Shown here piece after piece: positions 53,301 to 62,852 of a stretch of DNA of 64,000 nucleotides (position 1 is the stretch's first letter; every line of letters begins with the position of its first letter). The notes beneath the pieces are model-generated. The model did not search any database. It was not told the DNA's origin and worked only from the letters and a program-made list of their open reading frames with translations. Source of the DNA: Nitrospirota bacterium (GTDB taxonomy: Bacteria; Nitrospirota; Thermodesulfovibrionia; Thermodesulfovibrionales; Dissulfurispiraceae); contig JBFLWF010000011.1 of the NCBI GenBank assembly GCA_040758355.1, positions 16,041 to 80,040 on the forward strand. Direction: 5' to 3'. The translations under genes were made by a program, and so were the position numbers.

Positions 53301-53509
53301 TTGATGTAATAATGCCGAAGAAAAACGGGAAAGAGGCATATGAGGAGATAAAGAAAATAAGACCTGACATCAAGTCCATTTTTATCAGCGGATATACCGC
53401 AGACATCATACATGAAAAGGGCATCCTCGATGAGGAAATGAATTTCATCTCAAAACCAGTCTCTCCTAAGGACCTCCTGAGAAAGGTCAGAGAGATATTG
53501 GATAGATAA
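50363..53509 (+). CDS. Hybrid sensor kinase (Cache-HAMP-PAS-PAS-HisKA-HATPase-REC)
   Basis: QKMEAIGQLAGGIAHDFNN, FFTTKEMGKGTGLGL, C-terminal receiver domain. Confidence 0.94.
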   Translation: MNIFNSIKFKFTLGVFLLIVVITAIFGVLSYEYEKRAIQERVYAQLNATADLKKEIAVNYINERINNLKTMATSEYMRQSIFSLSGKRTSVIPEAAQYKFIRQRLEAFKNLYHDYLSIEVTDIKGNIIVSTDDDHHSSGSRHEHKKSIDRYIEVIKTGCAVIMQDYLNSEEGHLDFALGIRNANGSINAVLISSIALKNILFPTFSDYTGLGLTGETLLVKISEGSLMHINPTRHLNMNMKRGATYGKEHFKLGLKAASGNEGIDEAIDYRNKKVIGAYRYIPALQWGIVVKMDIDEAFKEIETLRKKILILGIWMLGIMLVATYLITSRFTAPIIELAMKTKAVAAGDYSIRIESRRKNEIGELERDFNEMVEVIDRSKMEIESKQRELEEVNYELERKVRERTAELTEANTALLEVLEDIKSSEEKFRNVIDSSVDAVVICDASKKILLFNKAAEDMFGYKKEDILGREIEMLIPEKYKERHRKGFEKYVSNGKGTLLGRVVELDALKRGGKEFPVELSLSGWESKGRKYVSAVIRDITGRKETEEEIRKLSYAVEQSPVSIIITDTKGNITYVNRQFCKISGYNYEDLIDKNPRILKSGETSPEEYKRLWDTITSGDVWTGVFHNKKKNGELFWESAIISPITNKEGVITHFIGIKEDITEKKKLEEMLFHSQKMEAIGQLAGGIAHDFNNMLSAIIGFGGLINMNMSDDDPNRTYLKEILAAGERASHLTQGLLAFSRKQIINPKPVSLNEIIRSIEKLLRRIIREDIELKTILADRDLTVMADPGQIEQVLMNLTTNARDAMSRGGILTINTELIRLDNEFIKTHGYGEKGEYALISVSDTGVGMDQKTKERIFEPFFTTKEMGKGTGLGLAIVYGIIKQHNGYINCYSEPGKGTTFRIYMPLISPEFEKIEPAAVPELKGGSETVLVAEDDAVIRKLTRNVLERFGYKVIEAFDGEDAIRKFIDNKDKIHILLFDVIMPKKNGKEAYEEIKKIRPDIKSIFISGYTADIIHEKGILDEEMNFISKPVSPKDLLRKVREILDR

Positions 53510-53566
53510 AAACTTCATATGTTTTTCACAGTCCTTTCTTATTCTTAAGTGAAGAAAGGAGTTATC

Positions 53567-55906
53567 ATGAAAGTCGTTGACCCTGTCTGCAAGATGACCA
53601 TAGAAGATAAGGATGCCGTTGCCACATCCGTATATAAAGGCATCACTTACCATTTCTGCTCAAAAGCATGTAAAGAAGACTTTGATGAAAATCCTGAATC
53701 ATTTGTCTATGAAAAACCCTCTATGAAAATGGAGGAAATGATTGCTTCCACTGCTAAAGCCATAGGAGAAATGGCAAAAGATCCCATATGCGGAATGGTT
53801 ATTCCAAAAGACCGTTCAATAAAAAGGGAAGTAGGAGGAAGGACATACTATTTCTGCAGCGAAAACTGCGTGAGAACATTCGAGGCACCGGAAGCAGAAT
53901 TAAGGACAATGAGACGGCGTGTAACCATTGCCCTTACAGGAGTCCTTGCTCTCGCAATCTTCAGGGCTGCTGTATTTTTAGGTCTTGCAGCAGGAGCTAC
54001 AATACTCACATGGGTTCCAATTCCGTGGCTTCCTTGGTTTACATGGGGCGTATGGCTATTTATCATTACAACTCCCATTATGATTTTCGGAGGGAAGGGA
54101 TTTTTCATGGGCGCATGGCATGCCATTAAAAAGCGGGTAGCAAATATGGATCTCCTTATAGCCCTTGGAACATCTACAGCATATCTCTACAGCGCCTTTG
54201 TTGTATTCTTCCCGGGTGTTTTACCTGTTGAAGAAAAGAATGTCTATTTCGAGGTGTCAGCAATAATAATCGCCTTTGTACTTTTAGGAAAGTATATGGA
54301 GGAGATTATAAAAAAGAGGAGCTCTGCTGCCATCCGCAAGTTGCTCGATCTAAAGCCACAGACAGCGAGGGTCATAAGAACAGTCGAGAGTCAAGAGTCA
54401 GGAGCCATTAGTCAAGAGGTGGAAATACCTGCTGAATCAGTCATGGTTGACGAGATTGTAATAGTCAGGCCAGGAGAGAAGATTCCCACTGACGGCATAG
54501 TGATAGATGGTCATTCAGCCGTTGATGAAAAGATGATAACTGGCGAGAGCGTTCCTGTTGAAAAAAAGGCTGGTGATGAGGTAATCGGAGGGACGATAAA
54601 TAAGGTCGGTTCCTTTAAGTTCAAAGCGTCTCGGGTGGGTGCTGATACAACATTGAATCAGATAATAAAAATGGTGGAGGAGGCGCAGGCATCTTCTTCA
54701 CAGATTCAGAGGCTTGCCGATAAGGTGGCCTCCTATTTTGTCCCTGCAGTTATCGGCGTTGCGTTCTTATCTGCTGCCGTATGGATAATCTCAGGAAATT
54801 CCACAAATGCCCTTTTATCGTTTGTGGCAGTTCTCATTATAGCCTGTCCCTGTGCCCTCGGCATAGCTACTCCTGCTGCATTGATGGTCGGGGTCGGCAA
54901 AGGAGCGGAACTCGGGATATTGATAAGAGGGGCTGAATACCTCGAAAGGGCAGAAAAACTCAAGGCAGTAGTATTCGACAAGACAGGGACTCTCACAAAA
55001 GGAGAGCCTGCGGTCACTGAAATAATAGCAATCAGCGATAAGCAGTCAGTGGTCAGCGAAGAAGAAGTCCTTCGACTCGCTGCAATAGCAGAAAAAGGCT
55101 CCGAACATCCTCTTGCAGAGGCGATAATAAAAAGAACGAACATGATGGGCATCGAAATTCCGGATGCAGAGTCATTCGAGGCTGTTCCGGGGCATGGCGT
55201 TAAGGTTAAGGCTCAAGGCAGGGAAATAGTTATAGGAAACAGGAGACTGATGAAACAGACAGGAATTGATATCGAAGACAAAGAGCCAATAATTTCAGGT
55301 CTTGAGGGAAAGGGCAATACAGTAATGATTGTTGCAGAAAATAGAAAACTCATGGGATTCATTGCAGTGGCAGACACATTAAAGGACAATGCAGAAGATG
55401 TAATAAAAGGGCTTAAGAATGAAGGCATAGAGGTCGTTATGCTCACAGGAGATAACGAGAGGACAGCAAAGGCCATTGGCTCTAAAGTAGGGATCGAAAG
55501 GATCATATCCAATGTGCTTCCAGGAGACAAGGCAAAGGTAATTAAAGAATTACAGAATGAAGGAAAGGTTGTGGCAATGGTGGGCGATGGGATAAACGAC
55601 TCGCCTGCCCTTGCGCAGGCTGACATAGGAATAGCAATAGGAAGCGGCTCCGATGTGGCAAAGGAGACAGGCGGCATTATACTGGTGAGGGACGACCTCA
55701 GGGATGTTATTAAAGGCATAAGACTCAGCAGGGCGACAATGAGGAAGATAAAACAGAACCTTTTCTGGGCATTCATATACAACAGCATCGGCATTCCCAT
55801 TGCAGCCTTCGGACTGCTTAATCCCATAATCGCAGCAGCAGCAATGGCCATGAGTTCATTGTCTGTTGTCACAAATTCGGCCCTGCTTAAAGGCGTGAGG
55901 ATATGA
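53567..55906 (+). CDS. copA: Cu(I)-type P1B ATPase with two N-terminal YHS domains
   Basis: DPVCKM..FCS..C and DPICGM..FCS..C; TGES, CPC, DKTGT, SEHP, GDGIND, YN, MAMSS. Confidence 0.93.
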   Translation: MKVVDPVCKMTIEDKDAVATSVYKGITYHFCSKACKEDFDENPESFVYEKPSMKMEEMIASTAKAIGEMAKDPICGMVIPKDRSIKREVGGRTYYFCSENCVRTFEAPEAELRTMRRRVTIALTGVLALAIFRAAVFLGLAAGATILTWVPIPWLPWFTWGVWLFIITTPIMIFGGKGFFMGAWHAIKKRVANMDLLIALGTSTAYLYSAFVVFFPGVLPVEEKNVYFEVSAIIIAFVLLGKYMEEIIKKRSSAAIRKLLDLKPQTARVIRTVESQESGAISQEVEIPAESVMVDEIVIVRPGEKIPTDGIVIDGHSAVDEKMITGESVPVEKKAGDEVIGGTINKVGSFKFKASRVGADTTLNQIIKMVEEAQASSSQIQRLADKVASYFVPAVIGVAFLSAAVWIISGNSTNALLSFVAVLIIACPCALGIATPAALMVGVGKGAELGILIRGAEYLERAEKLKAVVFDKTGTLTKGEPAVTEIIAISDKQSVVSEEEVLRLAAIAEKGSEHPLAEAIIKRTNMMGIEIPDAESFEAVPGHGVKVKAQGREIVIGNRRLMKQTGIDIEDKEPIISGLEGKGNTVMIVAENRKLMGFIAVADTLKDNAEDVIKGLKNEGIEVVMLTGDNERTAKAIGSKVGIERIISNVLPGDKAKVIKELQNEGKVVAMVGDGINDSPALAQADIGIAIGSGSDVAKETGGIILVRDDLRDVIKGIRLSRATMRKIKQNLFWAFIYNSIGIPIAAFGLLNPIIAAAAMAMSSLSVVTNSALLKGVRI

Positions 55907-55957
55907 AGAGAAAAATAGCAGTCATAACTATTATTGCTCTGGAAAGGAGGTGAGAAA

Positions 55958-56377
55958 ATGAAAAGAATACTTATTGCAGCATTGGTTTTACTGGTATTTG
56001 CAATTACGGCAAATGCTGAAACACCCCAGAAAAAAGGACAGATGCCGCCCAAACAGGGAATGATGGGGTCAGGAATGATGCAGGGCGGACAGATGCCCAT
56101 GATGCAGCACATGATGGGTCACGGCATGATGATGCAGGAAATGATGCACATGATGAAGGACGTGATGAAGATGCAGGAGCGCATGATAGGCAGTGCATCG
56201 GATGAGGACAAAAAGATGATGCGGCAGGAGCTTAATCGTATGATGGAGAGGATGGACAAGATGATGACCGATATGCAGGGGATGATGATGAAATGCATGA
56301 TGGGTATGCCTCCAGCAGAACCGCCAAAGGCTCCGGGCAAGGAAGAGCCGAAAAAGCCTCAGGAGCATAAACACTAA
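55958..56377 (+). CDS. Exported methionine-rich protein
   Basis: Signal peptide; 35 Met in 139 aa; AGGAGG ribosome-binding site; follows copA. Confidence 0.8.
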   Translation: MKRILIAALVLLVFAITANAETPQKKGQMPPKQGMMGSGMMQGGQMPMMQHMMGHGMMMQEMMHMMKDVMKMQERMIGSASDEDKKMMRQELNRMMERMDKMMTDMQGMMMKCMMGMPPAEPPKAPGKEEPKKPQEHKH

Positions 56378-56404
56378 TAGTTTATAACAAAATAACTGCC
56401 AAAA

Positions 56405-56533
56405 CCGACAGGGCACAGTATTTCCGCTCATTCTCGCCGGACATCCATGCCCGGCTCCGAGGCACCAACTCGGTTTCGCCATCACGGCGAAACTTCGAGT
56501 TGCTGAAACCGCTCCAATACAATGCCCTGTCGG
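56405..56533 (+). repeat. Structured repeat, copy 2
   Basis: CCGACAGGGCA...TGCCCTGTCGG closing stem and CGCTCATTCTCG core. Confidence 0.75.
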
Positions 56534-56567
56534 CCCTAAATAATTGCACTTTTAAAATATGAAAGCA

Positions 56568-56699
56568 TAGGCGGCGGAAATAGTTTGGAGCGACTTCGAC
56601 AGACCAAGCGTAACACGGATGTTTAAGCGGGCTGTCGTAGCTTCGGAGAAAGGCTGGATGCCTTTCGAGAATGAAGCGGAAAACTGTTTCCGTCGCCTA
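56568..56699 (-). repeat. Structured repeat, copy 3 (inverted)
   Basis: The reverse complement contains CGCTTCATTCTCGAAAGGCATCCAGCCTTTC...CAGCCCGCTTA, close to copy 1. Confidence 0.75.
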
Positions 56700-56759
56700 C
56701 ATATAAATACATTATTATCTTTTGTCTCCTGCCCCATAATCTGCTAAACTTATAGGATT

Positions 56760-58868
56760 ATGCAGCCTTCAGATGAACTAATCAACGAACTGGCAGACAT
56801 ATGCGGGATTATCCCCGAATACTGGGATATATTCGGCAACAAACACATAACTCCAATCGAGACTAAAAAAGCCATACTCAAGGCAATGAAGCTCGATATC
56901 GATTCTGATGAGTCCATAAAAAATGAGATATATGCACAAAAAGCACGTCCATGGAACAGATTCATAGAGCCTGTAAAGGTTATATCTGTTAATGAGCAGC
57001 CATTCAAAATATCTATCCACGTGCCTGTTGAAGAAAGAGAGGAAAACAGCATACATATTTTGTGGTCGATCAAGAATGAAGAAGGCCAAAAAATACAAAA
57101 AAAAGATGAGTTTATTCTCTCAGGGAATGAATTAACTATCTCAGACCGGCGATGGATGTATGGCAGGAGATACATAAAGATAGACCTGAGCGATAAATGT
57201 CATAGAGATATAGGCTATTACTCCATAGATATAACATTCAGGATTCCCAATATGGAAATCTCCGACACATCGAGACTCACCATCACTCCGGATTCCTGTT
57301 ATATGCCCACGGAGTCGATAAATAGGAAAACATGGGGACTCTCTATCAACCTCTATTCCATACGTTCATGCCAAAACTGGGGTTCAGGAGATTTCGGCGA
57401 TCTTAAGAAAATCGTGAAATGGGTTTCTGAATTAAAAGGCGGGTTTGTGGGAATCAATCCGCTGCATGCAATCCCGAACAAAAAACCCTTTGGCATAAGC
57501 CCATATTCTCCAATAACCAGGCTTTATAAGAACTTCATTTACCTTGACATCGAAAGCATACCTGAAGTTGAAGAACTGACAGGTTTGGGGGAAGAAATAG
57601 AAAACCAGATAAATGAATTAAGAAACTGCGAATTGATCGACTATGAAAAAGTTGCATCACTAAAAATATCCGTTCTCCGTAATGCATTTGAGATTTTTTA
57701 TAGAGAGCATTATCTGAAAGACTCTATCCGCTGCAAAGACTTCATACGATATGTCTCTGAAGAAAGCGACAATCTTGAATCCTTTGCAACATACTTGTCT
57801 CTTACATCCGATGAAAAAGAAATTCTCTTTTATAAATATATCCAGTGGCTCATTGATGAGCAGTTAAAAGAAATCTCTGAACTGGCAAAAAATCTCGGAA
57901 TGCCCATAGGGCTTTACCACGACCTTGCCGTAGGTTCCATAGGCGGCGGAAGCGATGCATGGATTTATCAGGATGTGGTCGCTGACGGGATAGATCTCGG
58001 CGCACCTCCTGATGACTTTAACCCAACAGGGCAGAACTGGGGCTTTCCTCCGCTTGTTCCTGAAAAGTTAAAGGAGACAGGCTATGAGTTCTTTATTCAG
58101 ATAATAAGAAAGAACATGCAGCATTTCGGTGCATTGAGAATAGACCATGCCCTCGGAATGTTCAGACAGTTCTGGATACCACAGGGCATGCCTGCATCGC
58201 ATGGTGCATATGTAAAACAACCGACAGAGGATTTGCTCAGGATTATTGCGCTGGAAAGCGTCAGGAACAGGACCGTGGTAATTGCAGAAGACCTCGGAAC
58301 TATAGGTGAGAATGTACGCGAAACCCTCTCCAGATTCCGCATGCTTTCTTACAGGCTCCTGTATTTTGAAAGGAACTATCCTGACCCATCCTTCACTCCT
58401 CCTGAAAGATATCCTGAAATGGCATTGTGCGCAGTCACAACCCACGATCTTCCCACAATTTATGGCTGGTGGATCGGGCGCGACATTGACCTGAAAAGGA
58501 GACTGGGGATTTTTGCAGATGAAGGTACGCATCAGAAACATACACATGATAGAGAAAGAGACAAGGAACTCTTGCTGAATGCACTTGAATCTCAAAATAT
58601 CATTCAGCCATCAGCTATCAGCCATCAGCTATCAGCTATGTCCCAAGAACTATGCCTTGCTATATACAGGTATCTCGCCCTCACTCCATGCAAACTATTG
58701 GTTGTAAGCCTCGATGACGCCATCGGCACACTTGACCAGCAGAATATGCCAGGGATGACGGACTCTTATCCGAGCTGGATGCAAAAAACATCCGTGACAC
58801 TTGAACAAATGATTTCGGACAAATGGTTTCATAGCATTTCTGAAATGTTTAAGAGAAACAACCGCTAA
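56760..58868 (+). CDS. malQ: 4-alpha-glucanotransferase (GH77)
   Basis: SPYSP, YHDLAVG, GAPPDDFN..GQNWG, LRIDH, IAEDLG, TTHDLPT. Confidence 0.95.
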   Translation: MQPSDELINELADICGIIPEYWDIFGNKHITPIETKKAILKAMKLDIDSDESIKNEIYAQKARPWNRFIEPVKVISVNEQPFKISIHVPVEEREENSIHILWSIKNEEGQKIQKKDEFILSGNELTISDRRWMYGRRYIKIDLSDKCHRDIGYYSIDITFRIPNMEISDTSRLTITPDSCYMPTESINRKTWGLSINLYSIRSCQNWGSGDFGDLKKIVKWVSELKGGFVGINPLHAIPNKKPFGISPYSPITRLYKNFIYLDIESIPEVEELTGLGEEIENQINELRNCELIDYEKVASLKISVLRNAFEIFYREHYLKDSIRCKDFIRYVSEESDNLESFATYLSLTSDEKEILFYKYIQWLIDEQLKEISELAKNLGMPIGLYHDLAVGSIGGGSDAWIYQDVVADGIDLGAPPDDFNPTGQNWGFPPLVPEKLKETGYEFFIQIIRKNMQHFGALRIDHALGMFRQFWIPQGMPASHGAYVKQPTEDLLRIIALESVRNRTVVIAEDLGTIGENVRETLSRFRMLSYRLLYFERNYPDPSFTPPERYPEMALCAVTTHDLPTIYGWWIGRDIDLKRRLGIFADEGTHQKHTHDRERDKELLLNALESQNIIQPSAISHQLSAMSQELCLAIYRYLALTPCKLLVVSLDDAIGTLDQQNMPGMTDSYPSWMQKTSVTLEQMISDKWFHSISEMFKRNNR

Positions 58869-58871
58869 AGC

Positions 58872-58927
58872 CTTTCACTAAAAATTAACCCGCCTGTCAT
58901 ACTCCTGTAACATCAATCCTTTATTCT
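58872..58927 (+). promoter_or_regulatory. Pho-box array and -10 element
   Basis: Units at an 11-bp period: CTTTCAC, AATTAAC, CTGTCAT, CTGTAAC; then 10 nt and TATTCT. Confidence 0.78.
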
Positions 58928-58960
58928 TGGAATAAATAATTTAAATAAGGAGACATTTCC

Positions 58961-59200
58961 ATGAAATGCAAATATTTAAATCAGTTCCGCCTTTCAGAGT
59001 TCGGATGGACAGTGGAATCATGCACGGCAAATGACAGGCCTTATGCCCCGAGCATCTCGGAGTTGCATGATTATTGTAAGGGCAGCGAATTCAGAAAATG
59101 TCCTGTACTGCTGAAAAAAGAAAGCGGAGGGGACTGTCCCAGATTTACGGACGGAGCAAAGCGGAGTCGTAGAATCGGGACTGTCCCCGTCTCGCAATGA
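58961..59200 (+). CDS. Small Cys-rich hypothetical protein
   Basis: AAGGAG ribosome-binding site; C..C..YC-x7-CP pattern. Confidence 0.65.
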   Translation: MKCKYLNQFRLSEFGWTVESCTANDRPYAPSISELHDYCKGSEFRKCPVLLKKESGGDCPRFTDGAKRSRRIGTVPVSQ

Positions 59201-59322
59201 AAATTTTGTGGCAGCATAAAAAAGACAGGCAGAGGTTAAGGTTAAGGTAAAGAAGGGCTAATGATTTATTTCTTTCCTTTGCCTTTACCTCTACCTTTAC
59301 CTGTCTTTTTAGGAGGTGTATC

Positions 59323-61191
59323 ATGACTTCGAGATCAAAATGGGACATGGCTATAGATAGCGAAGACTGCATTTCTGAAAATAGAAATAGCACAGGAAAT
59401 AGCACAGACGGAATAGATAGGCAGACAATACTGGAACTCCTTGATAGCAATTCCCTCACAACTCATTTTCAGCCCATATTCTGTTCAAAAGATGGAACTG
59501 TTTACGGCTATGAGGCACTGACAAGGATCAAGGAAGATAAAAGAAACATAAACATCGGGGAGTTATTCAAAAAGGCAATACTTACCAATACCATCTCCTC
59601 CCTCGATGTAAAGTGCAGGGGAAATGCCATAAGCCTTGCATCTTCACTCGGCATAAACCATATCAATGCATATCTATTCATAAATATATGCCCCGAGGCA
59701 TTGATGAACCCGGCTCACAGTGTGGGAATAACCGACGAACTGGCAGATGAATGGGATATTTCAAAGGAAAGGATTATTCTTGAGATAACAGAAGAAAGCG
59801 CCATCCACAATTGCAAGCTATTCAAAGAGGCCGTTGTTTACTATAAAAAGAGAGGCTATAAAATAGCCATAGACGACTTCGGGGCAGGCTACGGGGGACT
59901 TAAAATGCTCTCTGTAATCGAGCCGGATTTTGTGAAAATAGACCGCCATTTCATATCGAATATAGATAAGGCAACCGTAAAATTCAACCTCGTTGATTCC
60001 ATTGCCTCTGCATGCCACAGGATCGGCATAAAGGTCATAGCCGAGGGAATAGAACAGGAAGAAGAACTCAAGGTCGTGATGAATATGGGGATTGATCTGC
60101 TGCAGGGCTATTATCTTTATAAGCCCTCCCCTATTCTAAATGGCGATAGAGCAGAAATTCCCATACTTCACAGCAAAAAAGCAAACTGCTGCTCAACAAA
60201 TGGCGAGCAATGTTTCATCGGCGATATTGCTCATAGAATTGATCCCATACCGCCATCAGCACATCTTACGGCTGCATTTAATAGATTTATTAAAAATCCC
60301 GAACTCAGGAGTCTGTCTGTTGCTGAGGATGATAGGGTTGTTGGGATGGTGCATAGAAACAGGTTTTTAGAGAACAATATACTCGGTAAATATGGCTACG
60401 GCATGCACCTTAATGCAACAAAATGTATAACCGATATCATGGAACAGCCATCACTGATGGTTGAGGCGAATACTACATTGGAAGATGTCGCACAAAGGCT
60501 ACAATCGAGAAGATTCGAGTTTCTTTACGACGACATATGCATTACAAAGAACGGCAAATATTTCGGCACAGTGGCAGTCCACATCCTTCTTGATGCCATA
60601 ACAGAAAGAAGCCTTATCCTCGCAAAAAACTCAAACCCACTAACTGGTCTTCCGGGCAACGAATCAATCCAGCGTGAAATAAATAAAAGGCTTTCCCAGA
60701 ATATGCACTTCGATGTCTGCTACATAGACATAGACAATTTCAAGCCATACAACGACCACTATGGGTTTGAGAAAGGTGACATGGTCATCAAAACACTCGC
60801 ATGTATAATCGAGGAATCGATAAAACCGGATGGCTTCGATTTCAGTTTTGTGGGACATATAGGCGGTGATGATTTTATAGTGATTATTCCTCCCCAGATT
60901 TCAATCCCTGCATGTGAGAAGATAATGGCGAGCTTTGAAGCAACGCTCCCGGCATTACATGACACGGAGGATTACAACAGGAGATGCTATGTCTCAAAAA
61001 ACAGGAAAAATGAGGAGGAAACATTCAACCTCTTATCCATCTCCATAGGAATAGTCAGCACAGAAGTATATAAGATAAAATCCTTTGCCCAGCTTGCATC
61101 CATAGCAACAGAAGTAAAAAAGGCTGCAAAGATGCAGTCTGCATTAAGCGGAGCTTCATCCATAGCAAGGGACAGGAGATTGATGGGATGA
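59323..61191 (+). CDS. EAL-CBS-GGDEF cyclic di-GMP enzyme
   Basis: FQPI, YEAL, IDDFGAG, AEGIE, NPLTGLPGN, DIDNFK..ND, HIGGDDF. Confidence 0.93.
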   Translation: MTSRSKWDMAIDSEDCISENRNSTGNSTDGIDRQTILELLDSNSLTTHFQPIFCSKDGTVYGYEALTRIKEDKRNINIGELFKKAILTNTISSLDVKCRGNAISLASSLGINHINAYLFINICPEALMNPAHSVGITDELADEWDISKERIILEITEESAIHNCKLFKEAVVYYKKRGYKIAIDDFGAGYGGLKMLSVIEPDFVKIDRHFISNIDKATVKFNLVDSIASACHRIGIKVIAEGIEQEEELKVVMNMGIDLLQGYYLYKPSPILNGDRAEIPILHSKKANCCSTNGEQCFIGDIAHRIDPIPPSAHLTAAFNRFIKNPELRSLSVAEDDRVVGMVHRNRFLENNILGKYGYGMHLNATKCITDIMEQPSLMVEANTTLEDVAQRLQSRRFEFLYDDICITKNGKYFGTVAVHILLDAITERSLILAKNSNPLTGLPGNESIQREINKRLSQNMHFDVCYIDIDNFKPYNDHYGFEKGDMVIKTLACIIEESIKPDGFDFSFVGHIGGDDFIVIIPPQISIPACEKIMASFEATLPALHDTEDYNRRCYVSKNRKNEEETFNLLSISIGIVSTEVYKIKSFAQLASIATEVKKAAKMQSALSGASSIARDRRLMG

Positions 61192-61260
61192 ATGACCCAT
61201 AGTTCATCATTGCTCATAGCGCATGGAAAAAATAAATCCTTTAGCTATAAACTATCAGCC

Positions 61261-62319
61261 ATGAGCAATGAGCCACCAACTAAGAATTTCCTGTGGGGTG
61301 TGGCTACATCAGCCTTTCAGCTTGAGGGGTCTCCCTATGCCGACTGGACGTCGTGGGATGCCATACTGGACTCAAAGCCAGATGTTACAAACCATTATAC
61401 TCTATACAAAGAAGATCTTTGCCTGCTTAAAGACCTCGGCGTTAACGCATACAGGTTCTCTCTCGAATGGAGCAGGATACAACCGAGAGAAAACATATGG
61501 GATGAAGGCGCCATTGCCCATTATCAGGACATAATAAACATCCTTCTTGAAAACAATATAGAGCCTATGGTCACAATCCATCACTTCACTCATCCACTCT
61601 GGTTTATCAAAAAATATCCATGGCATGAAGATGCATCTATAGAAAAATTTTCAGCTTTTGTTGAAAAAATAACATCTACCATAAAAGGCGTTAAATACTT
61701 TATTACTTTCAATGAGCCCTATGTCCTTCTCCTCGGTGGCTATCTTGAAGGCTGCATGCCTCCTGGAATAAAGGATGTTTCTTTAACGGTAAAGGCACTA
61801 AAAAATATCTTTACGAGTCACAGCAAGACATACGACATTATTCATTCCAAAATACCCCATGCAATGGTGAGCGTTGCACACAATATGGCTGCCCTTGCAC
61901 CATGGAAGAGATGGAGCCCTATGGACAGACTGCTCTCAAAGATCGCGAAATATTTTTATAACCATTCTCTGCTCGACGCTTTCCTTACCGGAACAATGCG
62001 AATAAAATTTCCGTTTAAAAGTCCTATAGATATCGATTTGCCGATAAAAGACAAGCTCGACTTCTTCGGCGTCAATTATTACACGAGGGTTCATATGAGA
62101 TTTAACCCATTCAAAAAAATGGGTGTTGAATTAAGGCACAGGGATATCGACGGCTACGGGCTGACAGATATGGGATGGGAAATACATCCTCATGGCCTCG
62201 AAAAAGTATTGCGTTACGCATCGAGGCTCAATGTCCCGCTTATCATAACTGAAAATGGCATAGCCACACATGATGGATGTGCTTGCAGAGGATTATGTCA
62301 TAGGAGAAAGAATTCATAA
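61261..62319 (+). pseudogene. Glycoside hydrolase family 1, C-terminally truncated
   Basis: FLWGVATSAFQLEG, RFSLEWSRI, TFNEP, ITENG; family similarity ends just after ENGIATHD. Confidence 0.8.
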
Positions 62320-62845
62320 AATGGGAAAGAAAGTTGTTCTGTCGAATTATACAATTAATAATGTAAATGAATACTGGGGTATAAGAAGATTTCTCAACAG
62401 GCATACAAGGTGGGGAAAGCTCAGGTGGAGGCTTGGAGGAATTAAGTACTTTTCCGAATTGCTCGGCAATCCGGTGTTCATGTCCTGCTTGCCGATATTA
62501 CTGTGGGAGCCGTCGAGGATAACAATTTCCTTTGCGCTCCTTGTCGGTTCCGTAAAAGTCCTTGGCGATTACTACCTCGGCACTATAATAAGAAAAAATG
62601 AATTCGAAAAAACAGAATCATCACATTCCATAAACTCCATACCGCCATTTTATTATCTGTTGTCGCCAATTAAAGATCTGGTCATCGGGTTTGTCTGGTT
62701 TGTCCCCATATTAAGCAATACCGTTGTGTGGAGAGGGAACAGGTATATCATCGGCAAGGATTCGATGCTCTCCCCCTGCCCCGAAACTGGCATGTGGGCG
62801 TGGAGATACAGGATAGTTGATGCAATAAAGGCAAGGATTGCATAA
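62270..62845 (+). pseudogene. Ceramide-glucosyltransferase/HpnI-like glycosyltransferase, C-terminal part only
   Basis: LAEDY..G, RHTRW (QxxRW-like), V.WRG.RY; the N-terminal nucleotide-sugar-binding half is absent. Confidence 0.75.
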
Positions 62846-62852
62846 TAAGACA

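Noticed and set aside
55213..56485. Long antisense ORFs (299 aa and His-rich 138 aa) opposite copA and the Met-rich gene
   Set aside because: These are shadow frames; the His/Ile richness is just the reverse complement of ATG runs.
59129..59190. Two GGGACTGTCCC words as a CRISPR remnant
   Set aside because: Only two 11-bp units and no cas genes; more likely a REP-like insert extending the small ORF. No CRISPR array was seen anywhere in the window.
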